A stretch of DNA of 24,000 nucleotides from Bacillota bacterium (GCA_023426125.1 JAFABI010000092.1:1-24000), one strand, 5' to 3'. Positions 8,450 through 16,840 are shown, counted from the stretch's first letter. Made by a program: numbers and translations. The notes: generated by a model not told the origin, from the letters alone.

Positions 8450-10276
8450 TCAGAATTTTCCCGGTGCTGTTTGTCCGGATGGTTCTTCCCGGCTTTTAGG
8501 GAAGGCGAGTCTTACTGTCGTTCCGATCCCGGGCCGGCTGAAAATATTCAATGCATATTCCTCCCCATAATATTTGACAAACCTCTCATTTATATTTTTC
8601 AATGCATACCCATTCTTTGACTTTCTTTCAATGTTTCCCTTCATGATTGCATCGATCATTGCTTCCCCGACTCCGATACCATCGTCAATAACGCTTACTT
8701 CCAGTCTACCGTCCATCTCCTTTATGCATACGAGAATCGTCCCGTGAGAGCCTTTCGGCTCGATGCCGTGATGCAGCGCATTTTCAACCAATGGCTGTAA
8801 AAAGTTCTTAATGGTCACAAAGGATAAGACAGAGTCCTCATAGTTGTAAACGATATCAAAGACCGCACCAAACCGGATTTTCTGTATATCAATATATGCC
8901 TGCAATTGCTCAATTTCCTCCTGCATTGTAATAAAACTGCTTCCCTTGTTCAAAACAAGCCGGTAAAATTTAGCCAGGGAGTTAGCAATGTTGATGATCG
9001 TTGGAGCCTTTGCTTTTTTTGCCATGAAGGAAATCGTCGTTAGCGTATTGTAAAGAAAATGGGGATTGATTTGCGCTTCGAGAGCTTTCAGTTCCGCTTC
9101 CTTTTCAATCACTTCCATTTTATAAACAGTCTCAATCAGATTTCGTATTTGATGAATCATCAGATTGAAGTTTATTGCAAGCTCCCCGAACTCATCTTTT
9201 GATGAGATGGGCAGACTGGTATTCAAATTGCCGTCTCTGACCTTTTTCATTGCTTTCAGCAGGCATTTTAACCTTTTGAGCAGCAGACTTGTCATAATGA
9301 ATATGGCACATCCGAGGATGAACGATAGTATGAGAACGGTTATAGTGATCTGCACCCCCGTGTGTTTCACCACATTTGTATACAGGGATGTCGGCGAAAT
9401 ACTGACCAGTATACAGTCCATTTCATCTATGGGCATTGTAGCCACAATGGATTGAACCCCATCCACCGTCTCAATACGGCTGTTTAATCCATCCTCTTTC
9501 ACAATGTTGTCTATATTCGGAAGGTTGACCTTTTGGTTGTATAATTCCGGAATATTGTTTGAAACCACAATGCCTTCCTTATTCATGATAAAAGTACGGT
9601 CTGTTTTTCCGGAAGACTTGTTTATCAAGGAATCGAAAAGTTCTTTTTCGTCCACCTCGATCTGGAGGATGCCAAGAATATCAGCGCTTCGGAAAGATAC
9701 GATTTTCTTGTTGAAGGAATAGTTCCTGGTATTCCTGTTCTGCTGTTTGTATTGGGAACGGGGCAGCCCCAGAGGGTCGTTGGATATCCTCCACATCATC
9801 AGTTGTTCCCTCTGATCAAAAACTTTATACCAATGATCATTTGCTACGCGGCTGATATTGTAAAAATCATCCCACATTTCCGGAAGGGCTTCATTCTTGA
9901 AAAAAATGCGGATACGGCTGATCATTTTGTTTTTTGCGCTTATTACATTGATCAGTGCCGATATATCCACATTCAGGCTTTCTATTTGACTTGCCTCTCC
10001 AAAATAAGGGCTTTCCAGCAGAGAAAGGATCGTACTGTTGTACACCAGAAAGTCTGCTATGTTTTCCAGGATAACCACCTTCTGGTGTAAATTATCCCGT
10101 GTCTGCTTCAGATTCTGCTGCATGACCGACTGTGTCTGGCTGATGATCGACAGGGATGTTTGCCTGTAAATATAGATACCAACGCAAATCATGGGAATAA
10201 ACAGTATCACATAAAATGCAATAATGAATTTCCACTTTAATCCCAAATTATTCACATGAGCAAATAACTGCCGCAT
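8450..10276 (-). CDS. Sensor histidine kinase, YesM-like (2 TM with large extracellular domain, HAMP, His_kinase, HATPase_c)
   Basis: 608-aa ORF with a TM helix near the N-terminus and a second at ~residue 310. HAMP region (KKVRDGNLNTSLPISSKDEFGELAINFNLM), INPHFLYNTL autophosphorylation block, and an ATPase domain (LVENALHHGI, DDGIGV). RBS AAGGTG upstream. Confidence 0.92.
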   Translation of the reverse strand: MRQLFAHVNNLGLKWKFIIAFYVILFIPMICVGIYIYRQTSLSIISQTQSVMQQNLKQTRDNLHQKVVILENIADFLVYNSTILSLLESPYFGEASQIESLNVDISALINVISAKNKMISRIRIFFKNEALPEMWDDFYNISRVANDHWYKVFDQREQLMMWRISNDPLGLPRSQYKQQNRNTRNYSFNKKIVSFRSADILGILQIEVDEKELFDSLINKSSGKTDRTFIMNKEGIVVSNNIPELYNQKVNLPNIDNIVKEDGLNSRIETVDGVQSIVATMPIDEMDCILVSISPTSLYTNVVKHTGVQITITVLILSFILGCAIFIMTSLLLKRLKCLLKAMKKVRDGNLNTSLPISSKDEFGELAINFNLMIHQIRNLIETVYKMEVIEKEAELKALEAQINPHFLYNTLTTISFMAKKAKAPTIINIANSLAKFYRLVLNKGSSFITMQEEIEQLQAYIDIQKIRFGAVFDIVYNYEDSVLSFVTIKNFLQPLVENALHHGIEPKGSHGTILVCIKEMDGRLEVSVIDDGIGVGEAMIDAIMKGNIERKSKNGYALKNINERFVKYYGEEYALNIFSRPGIGTTVRLAFPKSREEPSGQTAPGKF

Positions 10277-10335
10277 TATGTCCGCACCTTAAATTACTTT
10301 ATTTGTTCCATTACTGCAGACCGTCAATTTCCTTC

Positions 10336-10344
10336 ATTATACCA
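10336..10344 (-). promoter_or_regulatory. Candidate extended -10 promoter (TGgTATAAT) upstream of the kinase gene
   Basis: The minus strand reads CATGGTATAATG. This fits TGnTATAAT, ~55 nt upstream of the ATG at 10276. There is no good -35. The call is by eye only. Confidence 0.35.
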
Positions 10345-10382
10345 TGAAATCAAGTAATAAATCTCTACCGCCATAGGTAAAT

Positions 10383-10409
10383 TGAGGAAGGCTTTACCAG
10401 CCTTCCTCA
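10383..10409 (-). terminator. Strong stem-loop just downstream of the binding-protein gene (possible partial terminator or mRNA stabiliser)
   Basis: TGAGGAAGGCT-ttacc-AGCCTTCCTCA forms a perfect 11-bp GC-rich stem with a 5-nt loop, 16 nt after the stop at 10425. On the transcribed strand it is followed by AATTTACC, a poor U-tract, so it may not be a full intrinsic terminator. Confidence 0.45.
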
Positions 10410-10424
10410 GCAGCTCTTCGTATA

Positions 10425-12134
10425 TTAATATCCTTTCCTCTTTAAATCCTCCAGGTGCTTCTGATACCTGAATTTTTCAAGCTGTTCCACCCCAAGCTTC
10501 TCTTGCGTTTTCATCGCTTCATCCCAGATTTTATTGAACTCGTCATCCGATTTAGCCATAATCAGCTTTGGTACAGTTTTTGCCCAGTCTTCGTCCGTTT
10601 TTGTCTTAATAACGTTTTCCTGGGTATCGCCGGAGGGATCGAGGCCTTCCAGACCCAGTGGCGCAGAGAATATGGTGTATTTGCTCAGTTCTTTAAATGT
10701 TTCAAGCTGTTCCGGCTTCGCCAGAGCATTACGATACAGGGTGTTAAATTCACTTCTCCACAAGATGGCTTTCGATTCAAACCCATATTTTGCAGTCCAT
10801 GCGTTTCCATCCTTGTTGTACTCATCAAGAACGGACTGCTTGAACTTGGGAATTCCGTCCACCGTCTCATAGGTCTCTCCTTCTGTGCCAAAGAAGTTAT
10901 CCATCTGCCCTTCGTCAGACCAGAGGTATTCTATGAAGCGGATGGCTCTGTCCGGTTTTTGGCACTTCGTGGTTACCATGGTGCAAACCCAGCCCGCACC
11001 GGAACCTGATTTATAGACCGGGTCCTTACCGTCAACCTTCAGCACGATATTCCCATTATACATGTAGACTTTGTTTGGATCTCCGGTATTCTGGGCGGCA
11101 GCCTGATTATGGGAACCGTAGATATCATTGACAAACCTGCTTGCCATAAAGTATTTTCCGTTATCCAGCTTTTCCTTATACTGGTCTGCCTTATCTGTAA
11201 ACAATTCCCTCGGGAACAAGCCCTCGCTGTAGAGCCTCCGCATAAACTGCAGGCCCTCTTTCCAGCCTGGTGTTCTGCGGTCGAGAAGCAGTCTGTCCCC
11301 CTCAATCATGCCCTTGGCAAATTCGGGATTGAAGCTCTGCGGAATGTAGCTGGTAAAACTCAGGTTGGTATCCCACGGATCAGCAGGGCTTATGGGATTT
11401 TCCGTACCAAAGGGGATCACCTCCGGATACTTTTCCTTTACCTGCTTCAAAACCGACACCCATTCATCGGGCGTGTTCATTTTGGGGCTGCCAAGGGCTT
11501 CATAGATGTCTTTGCGGACAAAGAACGGTCTTGCATCGTTTCCCTTAATTTCAGCCTTGTCATACGCATCCTTTGAATTGAAAAAGGAAGGCAGATAATA
11601 CAACTTGCCGTCATCCTGCTTGTGATAATTGATAATATCCGAAGGGATCATGGGCATCAAGCCGGGTGCATATTTTTCAGCGAGTTCGTTAATGGAATAG
11701 ATCATACCGTTTTTAATCAACTGTTGGGTAATGGGGTTGTACCATTCCAAAACCATGATATCCGGCAAATCTCCTCCGGCAATCATGACATTCAGGTATT
11801 CCGAATCGTTTCCGGTGGGCAGTGTGATGTCTGCCGTTACACCAGTCTTCTTCTTCATGATTTCCGCAACGTACTGTCCATCCTGCCAGGGATAATTCGT
11901 ACCCCAGCTTGCATAAAAGTATTCATTCAATGTGATGGGGGAAGTATCCATTTCCCAATCCTTTTGTGCAGATCCGGATCCTGTCTGAGTTGTCGTCGAT
12001 GCATCAGATGAATCTCCGGTCGTTGTTGATGCGTTTCCATCGGTATTGCTGCTGCCGCAACCGCCGAACAGCAGAGACACCGAAACCATCACCAGTAAAA
12101 CCAGAACAATTGATTTTACCTTCGCCTTTCTCAT
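10425..12134 (-). CDS. ABC transporter extracellular solute-binding lipoprotein (large LplA/YtcQ-type carbohydrate binding protein)
   Basis: 569-aa ORF. Signal peptide with lipobox LLFGGC, followed by a Ser/Thr/Gly-rich linker, and size typical of family-1 sugar-binding proteins paired with LplB/LplC-type permeases. RBS AGGAGG lies 8 nt upstream of the ATG. Confidence 0.9.
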   Translation of the reverse strand: MRKAKVKSIVLVLLVMVSVSLLFGGCGSSNTDGNASTTTGDSSDASTTTQTGSGSAQKDWEMDTSPITLNEYFYASWGTNYPWQDGQYVAEIMKKKTGVTADITLPTGNDSEYLNVMIAGGDLPDIMVLEWYNPITQQLIKNGMIYSINELAEKYAPGLMPMIPSDIINYHKQDDGKLYYLPSFFNSKDAYDKAEIKGNDARPFFVRKDIYEALGSPKMNTPDEWVSVLKQVKEKYPEVIPFGTENPISPADPWDTNLSFTSYIPQSFNPEFAKGMIEGDRLLLDRRTPGWKEGLQFMRRLYSEGLFPRELFTDKADQYKEKLDNGKYFMASRFVNDIYGSHNQAAAQNTGDPNKVYMYNGNIVLKVDGKDPVYKSGSGAGWVCTMVTTKCQKPDRAIRFIEYLWSDEGQMDNFFGTEGETYETVDGIPKFKQSVLDEYNKDGNAWTAKYGFESKAILWRSEFNTLYRNALAKPEQLETFKELSKYTIFSAPLGLEGLDPSGDTQENVIKTKTDEDWAKTVPKLIMAKSDDEFNKIWDEAMKTQEKLGVEQLEKFRYQKHLEDLKRKGY

Positions 12135-12162
12135 TACAAATCCTCCTATACTTTTTTATTTT

Positions 12163-12207
12163 GGCTGTCACACCCTTTATGACAGCCATATTTATGGCTT
12201 TACAGCC
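12163..12207 (-). promoter_or_regulatory. Cluster of mutually exclusive hairpins in the leader of the binding-protein gene
   Basis: Three pairings share arms: GGCTGTCA (12163-12170) with TGACAGCC (12180-12187); AGCCAT (12184-12189) with ATGGCT (12194-12199); GGCT (12196-12199) with AGCC (12204-12207). No U-tract follows in the direction of transcription. Confidence 0.3.
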
Positions 12208-12243
12208 TAAATACCGGACTAAGGACAGAGATTCATGAACACC

Positions 12244-12314
12244 GGGTAGGCTCCCTCGTCGCCGAGGGTCGCCCCCCTAAGAACTGAGCATACGACTTTC
12301 ACCGTACTCAGCTC
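12244..12314 (-). ncRNA. Group II intron catalytic domain V and branch-point domain VI
   Basis: Domain V is GAGCUGAGUACGGUGAAAGUCGUAUGCUCAGUUC: 34 nt, the AGC triad, a GAAA-containing loop, and nearly the same pattern as canonical domain V. Domain VI is GGGGGGCGACCCUCG-GCGA-CGAGGGAGCCUACCC, with an unpaired A at 12247 three bp from the helix base. Confidence 0.85.
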
Positions 12315-12345
12315 AAGCAATTTAAAGTCTCGACGCTGCCGCGTC

Positions 12346-13986
12346 TCAACCGGCGCTGTTTAACAGCTCAGGATGAATCTTGCTGTGGCATTCGGGATGT
12401 ACCATTTCCTTTTTGTTTCCATCGGTTATGTGTAACTTCCATCCGCTTGCCTTGTTGATTTCATCCCCACATAGGGTACAGCAACCTTTTTGTTTACTCC
12501 ACATCTTTTTAAGCGCTTTTCTTCCCGACATCCCTTCAAACATTCTTTCACCTTCCCGCTCTTCAAAATACGCCTGCCATTCCGAATCGTACGGGTTTGC
12601 ACCTCGTCTTATCTTGGTGTGCCGTATTATCTTCGTATCTGCGGCCCTTACCAGTTGGATTAAGTCGCCCTCCTGCTTCTTTACCGCAAATACCCAATGC
12701 CTTGCCCCGATATCATGAAAGTACTTCGTACTTATCCACCATTTACCCTTATTATTATGTCTTCGTTTGCACCATCTCCATAGCGCCTTGTATATCTGGA
12801 AGTCTATATACGAGTAAGTTTCTTTGGCTACTAGGTGTCTGTGGTAGTTTGTCCATCCCCGTATTTTGGGGTTTAGCATTCCAATAAGCTGCTCCTGCTT
12901 CAATGTCGGATTATCTAGGATTATTTTCCTTATACCGTCTAAGAAGCTTTGAACATTCTTTTTGGCTGGCTTGGTCAGTACTTTTCCTTTATACTTTCTC
13001 GTGTTTTGCCCTAGAAAATCGAATCCATCCTTTACGTGAGTCATCAGTGTCTTTTCCTCGGATAGTGTCAATCCTCTCTCGTTCATGAATTCTCTTATCT
13101 CCGGCAAAACCTCCTGCCCCAGGAGTTTCTCGCTCTTGCCTGTGACGATGAGGTCATCGGCGTAGACAATTGTATGCACTCTATTGTTGATTTCTTTCCT
13201 GTTTACTACCTTCCGGTTCATATACTTCTTTCTCAGCATACTTGCAAGTCCGTTCAGTGTCAGGTTGGCCAAACATGGGGATATGATGCCTCCTTGGGGC
13301 GTCCCGGCTTCGGTTTCGCTGTATTCGTCCTTGAAAATGATACCTGCTTTCAACCACTTGGTTAGCACTCTTTTGTCCATAGGTATATTCCTGGTTAACC
13401 ATTCGTGACTGATGTGATCAAAGCACGCCTTGATGTCCCCCTCGATAACCCATTCTGCGCAGTCCTTGTTTGCTGCCATTGCTTTATAGACCGCTTCAAT
13501 TGCATCTGCCGTACTTCGTTTAGGTCTGAAGCCAAAGGCCTCGTCATCCAGAATGGTTTCCGCTACCGGGTCTAATGCCATAAGATGCAGGGCCTGCTGC
13601 GCTCTGTCCATCATAACGGGTATACCTAAAGGCCTTTTCTTCGTACTGTTCTTTTTAGGTATGAATATTCTTCTTAATGGCTGCGCCTGGTATCCTCTCC
13701 TTTTAAGTCCTCCTACAGCCTCCTTTTTCTGTTTGTCGGTTTCCCAGATAACCCCGTCCACTCCGGGAGTATTCTTCCCTTTGTTGGTGATTACCCGGTG
13801 TACTGCCAGTACTTTTGCGCTGTATGAATGTGTGAGTAGCCATTGCAGTGCCTTAACCTTGTTGTGTTTCTTCTGCTTTTGCGCCTTTACAATACGCATT
13901 TGAAGTCTCTTAACTCTTGCCTTATGTAATTTAATTTCCTTACCGAAGGCACTGTCGAAAGGTGCACACACCTTTGGGGCGTTCAT
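12346..13986 (-). CDS. ltrA: Group II intron reverse transcriptase/maturase with C-terminal HNH endonuclease domain
   Basis: 546-aa ORF. RT blocks RRIFIPKKNSTKKRPLGIPVMMDRAQQ, FGFRPKRSTADAI, GDIKACFDHISH, GTPQGGIISPCLANL and IVYADDLIVTG (YADD). Maturase/X block RGWTNYHRH. HNH/zinc block CCTLCGDE...HITDGNKKEMVHPECHSKIH. RBS GGAGGA upstream of the ATG at 13986. Confidence 0.95.
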   Translation of the reverse strand: MNAPKVCAPFDSAFGKEIKLHKARVKRLQMRIVKAQKQKKHNKVKALQWLLTHSYSAKVLAVHRVITNKGKNTPGVDGVIWETDKQKKEAVGGLKRRGYQAQPLRRIFIPKKNSTKKRPLGIPVMMDRAQQALHLMALDPVAETILDDEAFGFRPKRSTADAIEAVYKAMAANKDCAEWVIEGDIKACFDHISHEWLTRNIPMDKRVLTKWLKAGIIFKDEYSETEAGTPQGGIISPCLANLTLNGLASMLRKKYMNRKVVNRKEINNRVHTIVYADDLIVTGKSEKLLGQEVLPEIREFMNERGLTLSEEKTLMTHVKDGFDFLGQNTRKYKGKVLTKPAKKNVQSFLDGIRKIILDNPTLKQEQLIGMLNPKIRGWTNYHRHLVAKETYSYIDFQIYKALWRWCKRRHNNKGKWWISTKYFHDIGARHWVFAVKKQEGDLIQLVRAADTKIIRHTKIRRGANPYDSEWQAYFEEREGERMFEGMSGRKALKKMWSKQKGCCTLCGDEINKASGWKLHITDGNKKEMVHPECHSKIHPELLNSAG

Positions 13987-14636
13987 TTGCTATTTCCTCC
14001 TTGGGAGATTCTTCAAACTCTCTTGTAATAAATCACCTATGTGATGATTAGCTATGCTTATCATCACTTACGTGGAAGTCTGCACACTTTCGTGTCAGGG
14101 CATTTACCCCTATCCGCCCCATTACAGGACGGCATTCGCTTTCTCCACGATGTTCTACCCGCAGCTCTTTGGCTCACCTTACGGCTGCCTACTCCTTCCG
14201 GAGAAGTTTACGGGCTTACCACGTTTCCCGCAGATAACTTATCAGGTGACTTAGGTTCTGTCTCTCCGCCGGCAGCCTTTATGTCCGTGTGTCCCGAGGT
14301 TAGAGCGGGATTAACCGGCTGCATACCGTTTTGGTTCAAGCGCTTGTCTCAGCATCTTTCGCTTGTCAATCATCACGACGTTTAACGACAATTCACTTAG
14401 CTTAACCATATCACCCCACAACCTTGCTCCCTAACCGCCTTGATGCTGGCAGTACCACCTCCGCCTCACGGCTTCGGTTTCAAAGGGCTACGTTGTTGCA
14501 ACATCTTAGTCGGGACCGTTGCCGTATCCATACCTGTTGCTAGGTTACTCTTGACGGACCAAGAGGTTCGTTGTATACTTGAAACATAGTCGCACCAAGC
14601 CTTTCGAACATTTATCTGCGTGACCTCGTGTCGTAA

Positions 14637-15518
14637 CTACCCTTTGATTGATCCTATCATGACGCCCTTTACGAAGTATTTTTGAAGGAAAGGATAGGCC
14701 ATCATAATGGGCAGTGCAGTAATAACCATTGTCGCCAGACGCATGGACTTGCTGCTGGTTCTTGAAATGCCAAGCGACGCGGCCTGGCCTCCGGAATCGG
14801 AAGTAGTATTAATGAGCCGCACAAGGAGCTGCTGCAATGTCTGCAGCTTTTTCCCGCCAAAAAGCATCGCATCGAACCACGAATTCCATTGTGCAACACC
14901 ATTATACAGTGCAATGGTTGCAATCACCGGCATTGATATAGGGATGATGAGTTTGATGAAGATAATGAGATCATTGGCTCCATCCAGCTTCGCTGACTCA
15001 TCTATTTCAGCCGGCACAGTCCTGAAAAAGGACATCATGATAATGGCGTTGAAAGCATTAAACAAGAGGGGTATGATATACACCAGAAAATTCTCTCTTA
15101 AGCCCATGCCTTTAATAAGCAGATAATATGGGATCAGTCCTCCGTTGAAATACATTGTGATCATCATGATCGTCACGATCTGCTTTCTGGCGATCAGATG
15201 TTTTTTCGAGATCCCATAGGCAAAGGCTGCCGTAAAAAATACACTGGTCACTGTTCCCAGAACTGTACGCAAAACGGATATAAAAAATGCGTTGGTGAGA
15301 GATTTTTCATTCATCACCAATATGTAATTATTGAAGGAAAGCTTTCTTGGCCAAAAGTAGATGCCCCCCTTAGCCAGGTCTGTCGCGTCATTGAAGGACG
15401 TAATGATGATATAGTAGAACGGATATAATGTAATAAATGCCAGCATCAACATAAAAAGTGTATTTATGATTTCAAAGGTGTCCAGCCTGAAACGTCCGCC
15501 TTTCGAACCTGCCATCAT
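14637..15518 (-). CDS. Carbohydrate ABC transporter permease (LplC/YtcP-like)
   Basis: 293-aa ORF with six hydrophobic segments. EAA loop EIDESAKLDGANDLIIFIKLIIPISMP. RBS AGGAGG upstream. It starts 10 nt after the preceding permease gene. Confidence 0.92.
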   Translation of the reverse strand: MMAGSKGGRFRLDTFEIINTLFMLMLAFITLYPFYYIIITSFNDATDLAKGGIYFWPRKLSFNNYILVMNEKSLTNAFFISVLRTVLGTVTSVFFTAAFAYGISKKHLIARKQIVTIMMITMYFNGGLIPYYLLIKGMGLRENFLVYIIPLLFNAFNAIIMMSFFRTVPAEIDESAKLDGANDLIIFIKLIIPISMPVIATIALYNGVAQWNSWFDAMLFGGKKLQTLQQLLVRLINTTSDSGGQAASLGISRTSSKSMRLATMVITALPIMMAYPFLQKYFVKGVMIGSIKG

Positions 15519-15527
15519 GAGCTCCTC

Positions 15528-16496
15528 CTAAAATAAGCTTTCGCCGGTTAATTTCTTTGATGCAAAATTTGCTGAAACGAGTAAAATTGCTGCAATGCAC
15601 GAGCGGAACAGGCCAACGGTTGTGGCATAGGAAAAACGTCCCATGGCAAGCCCAAGATTGTATGTATAAATATCGATAATATCAGCGGTGTCCTTTGTCA
15701 GTGAATTCTGCATGAGAAACAGCTGGTCAAAATTCTGTCCGAGCAAATAGCTGATATTCAAGATCAACAGCATCAGTACGGTAGGTTTTAAAGCAGGCAA
15801 TGTGATGCGAAGCATTCTGTTGAATCTTCCAGCTCCATCAACAATAGCCGCCTCGTATAGCTGAGGATCGATTCCTACAATTGCAGCAAAATAAATAACA
15901 GCGTTCCACCCTAAATTCTTCCATATGTCACTTGCAATAACCAGCATCAGGAAAGATTTCTGTTCACCGAGGAAAAAAATGGGCTCCTTTATAAGGTGAA
16001 GGTTTACCAGCAACTCGTTAATCAGGCCTTCCGTTGGTGAAAATAGAATATACATAAAGCTTACAACGAATGCCCATGAAATGAAATAAGGCAAATAACT
16101 TACAGTTTGTACGGCTTTTTTCAATCTTTGATTTTTCATTTCATTGAGAAAGATCGCAAACAAGATCGGCAACGGGAAACCAATAATCAGTTTCAGCAAG
16201 CTTATCTTTAAAGTATTGACTACCGTATGATAAAAGCCGGGATCCAGGAACATTTCCTTGAAATTATCCAAGCCGACCCACGGACTTTGGAAAACACCTG
16301 AGAAGACATCATACTTTTTGAATGCAATGATCAGGCCATACATTGGTATGTAGTTAAAAATGAACATCCAGAGTAATGCAGGAATTACCAATATCAGTAA
16401 GTACTTCTGGCCAAGTATCTTGCTCAAGAGCTGATTCCTGCTTTTACTCCGATTGGTTTTGAGTTTACTTGACAATACATTCTCGACTCTACCCAT
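15528..16496 (-). CDS. Carbohydrate ABC transporter permease (LplB/YteP-like)
   Basis: 322-aa ORF. N-terminal block KYLLILVIPALLWMFIFNYIPMYGLIIAFKKY and EAA loop YEAAIVDGAGRFNRMLRITLPALKP. RBS AAGGGG upstream. Confidence 0.92.
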   Translation of the reverse strand: MGRVENVLSSKLKTNRSKSRNQLLSKILGQKYLLILVIPALLWMFIFNYIPMYGLIIAFKKYDVFSGVFQSPWVGLDNFKEMFLDPGFYHTVVNTLKISLLKLIIGFPLPILFAIFLNEMKNQRLKKAVQTVSYLPYFISWAFVVSFMYILFSPTEGLINELLVNLHLIKEPIFFLGEQKSFLMLVIASDIWKNLGWNAVIYFAAIVGIDPQLYEAAIVDGAGRFNRMLRITLPALKPTVLMLLILNISYLLGQNFDQLFLMQNSLTKDTADIIDIYTYNLGLAMGRFSYATTVGLFRSCIAAILLVSANFASKKLTGESLF

Positions 16497-16550
16497 AGTT
16501 GCCCCTTATCTGTTACGGATTATTTGTGCAATTCGTGGTACAATTAAATT

Positions 16551-16580
16551 ATAAAGGCGCAACAAATGATCTGTATATAA
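16551..16580 (-). promoter_or_regulatory. Candidate sigma-A-type promoter for the ABC/two-component/GH95 operon
   Basis: The minus strand reads TATACA-18 nt-TATAAT, preceded by a long A/T tract (UP-element-like), ~50 nt upstream of the ATG at 16496. The -35 matches only 4 of 6 positions. The call is by eye only. Confidence 0.3.
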
Positions 16581-16812
16581 AAAAAAATACAACTATTATT
16601 AAAAAACAAAAGAAAAAAGAAAATAGGGCTTATATGTGTGCTCTGCCCTTATCCCGTCTGTAAAATTCAAATCAAAACTTTCACCGATTGTGGTAAATTG
16701 ACCGTTGCCTATATAAGAAAGACGCATGCCCGTATTGGGAAGTTCAATGGGATACCATCTTTTCATCACTATTGAGCATATTACAAGATATGAGGTAATT
16801 TAAGCCGTAATA

Positions 16813-16840
16813 ATTGACATGCTGTAAAGAAATACTAGAA
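16813..16840 (+). promoter_or_regulatory. Candidate promoter for the NhaC-family transporter gene
   Basis: TTGACA (16813-16818)-16 nt-TAGAAA (16835-16840). AAAGGTG lies downstream as the RBS for the TTG start at 16869. Confidence 0.35.

Larger units (their letters stand above)
12240..14595 (-). mobile_element. Group II intron (ribozyme plus intron-encoded RT/maturase/HNH), ~2.36 kb, in the intergenic spacer of the ABC operon
   Basis: The minus strand reads ...GGCTTG|GTGCGACTATG at 14596/14595, giving the 5' GUGCG consensus. About 610 nt of structured RNA precedes the ORF. Domain V lies at 12314-12281 and domain VI with a bulged A at 12277-12244. The candidate EBS1 TAAGCC (14218-14213) pairs with the last 6 exon nt GGCTTG (14601-14596). 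The 3' boundary is only approximate, within a few nt. Confidence 0.88.

Noticed and set aside
12346-13986. The reverse transcriptase as a retron, DRT or Abi-type defence RT
   Set aside because: It is flanked by group II ribozyme parts (5' GTGCG, domain V with the AGC triad, domain VI with a bulged A). It also carries a maturase X block plus HNH. It is an intron-encoded protein, not a stand-alone defence RT.
14225-14232. TTATCTGC inside intron domain I as EBS2, pairing with GCAGATAA in the 5' exon
   Set aside because: The complementary exon segment lies at -24 to -17, too far upstream for a normal IBS2. An 8-mer match at this search size can occur by chance.
14041-14385. ORFs of 114 aa and 66 aa on the plus strand inside the intron
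   Set aside because: They are antisense to ribozyme domains I-III of the intron. They have no RBS and no recognisable motifs.
16621-16660. An intrinsic terminator on the minus strand (AGGGC/GCCCT followed by a T-rich run)
   Set aside because: It has only a 5-bp stem with a 15-nt loop. No upstream minus-strand gene needs termination, apart from the doubtful 55-codon ORF that reads through it.
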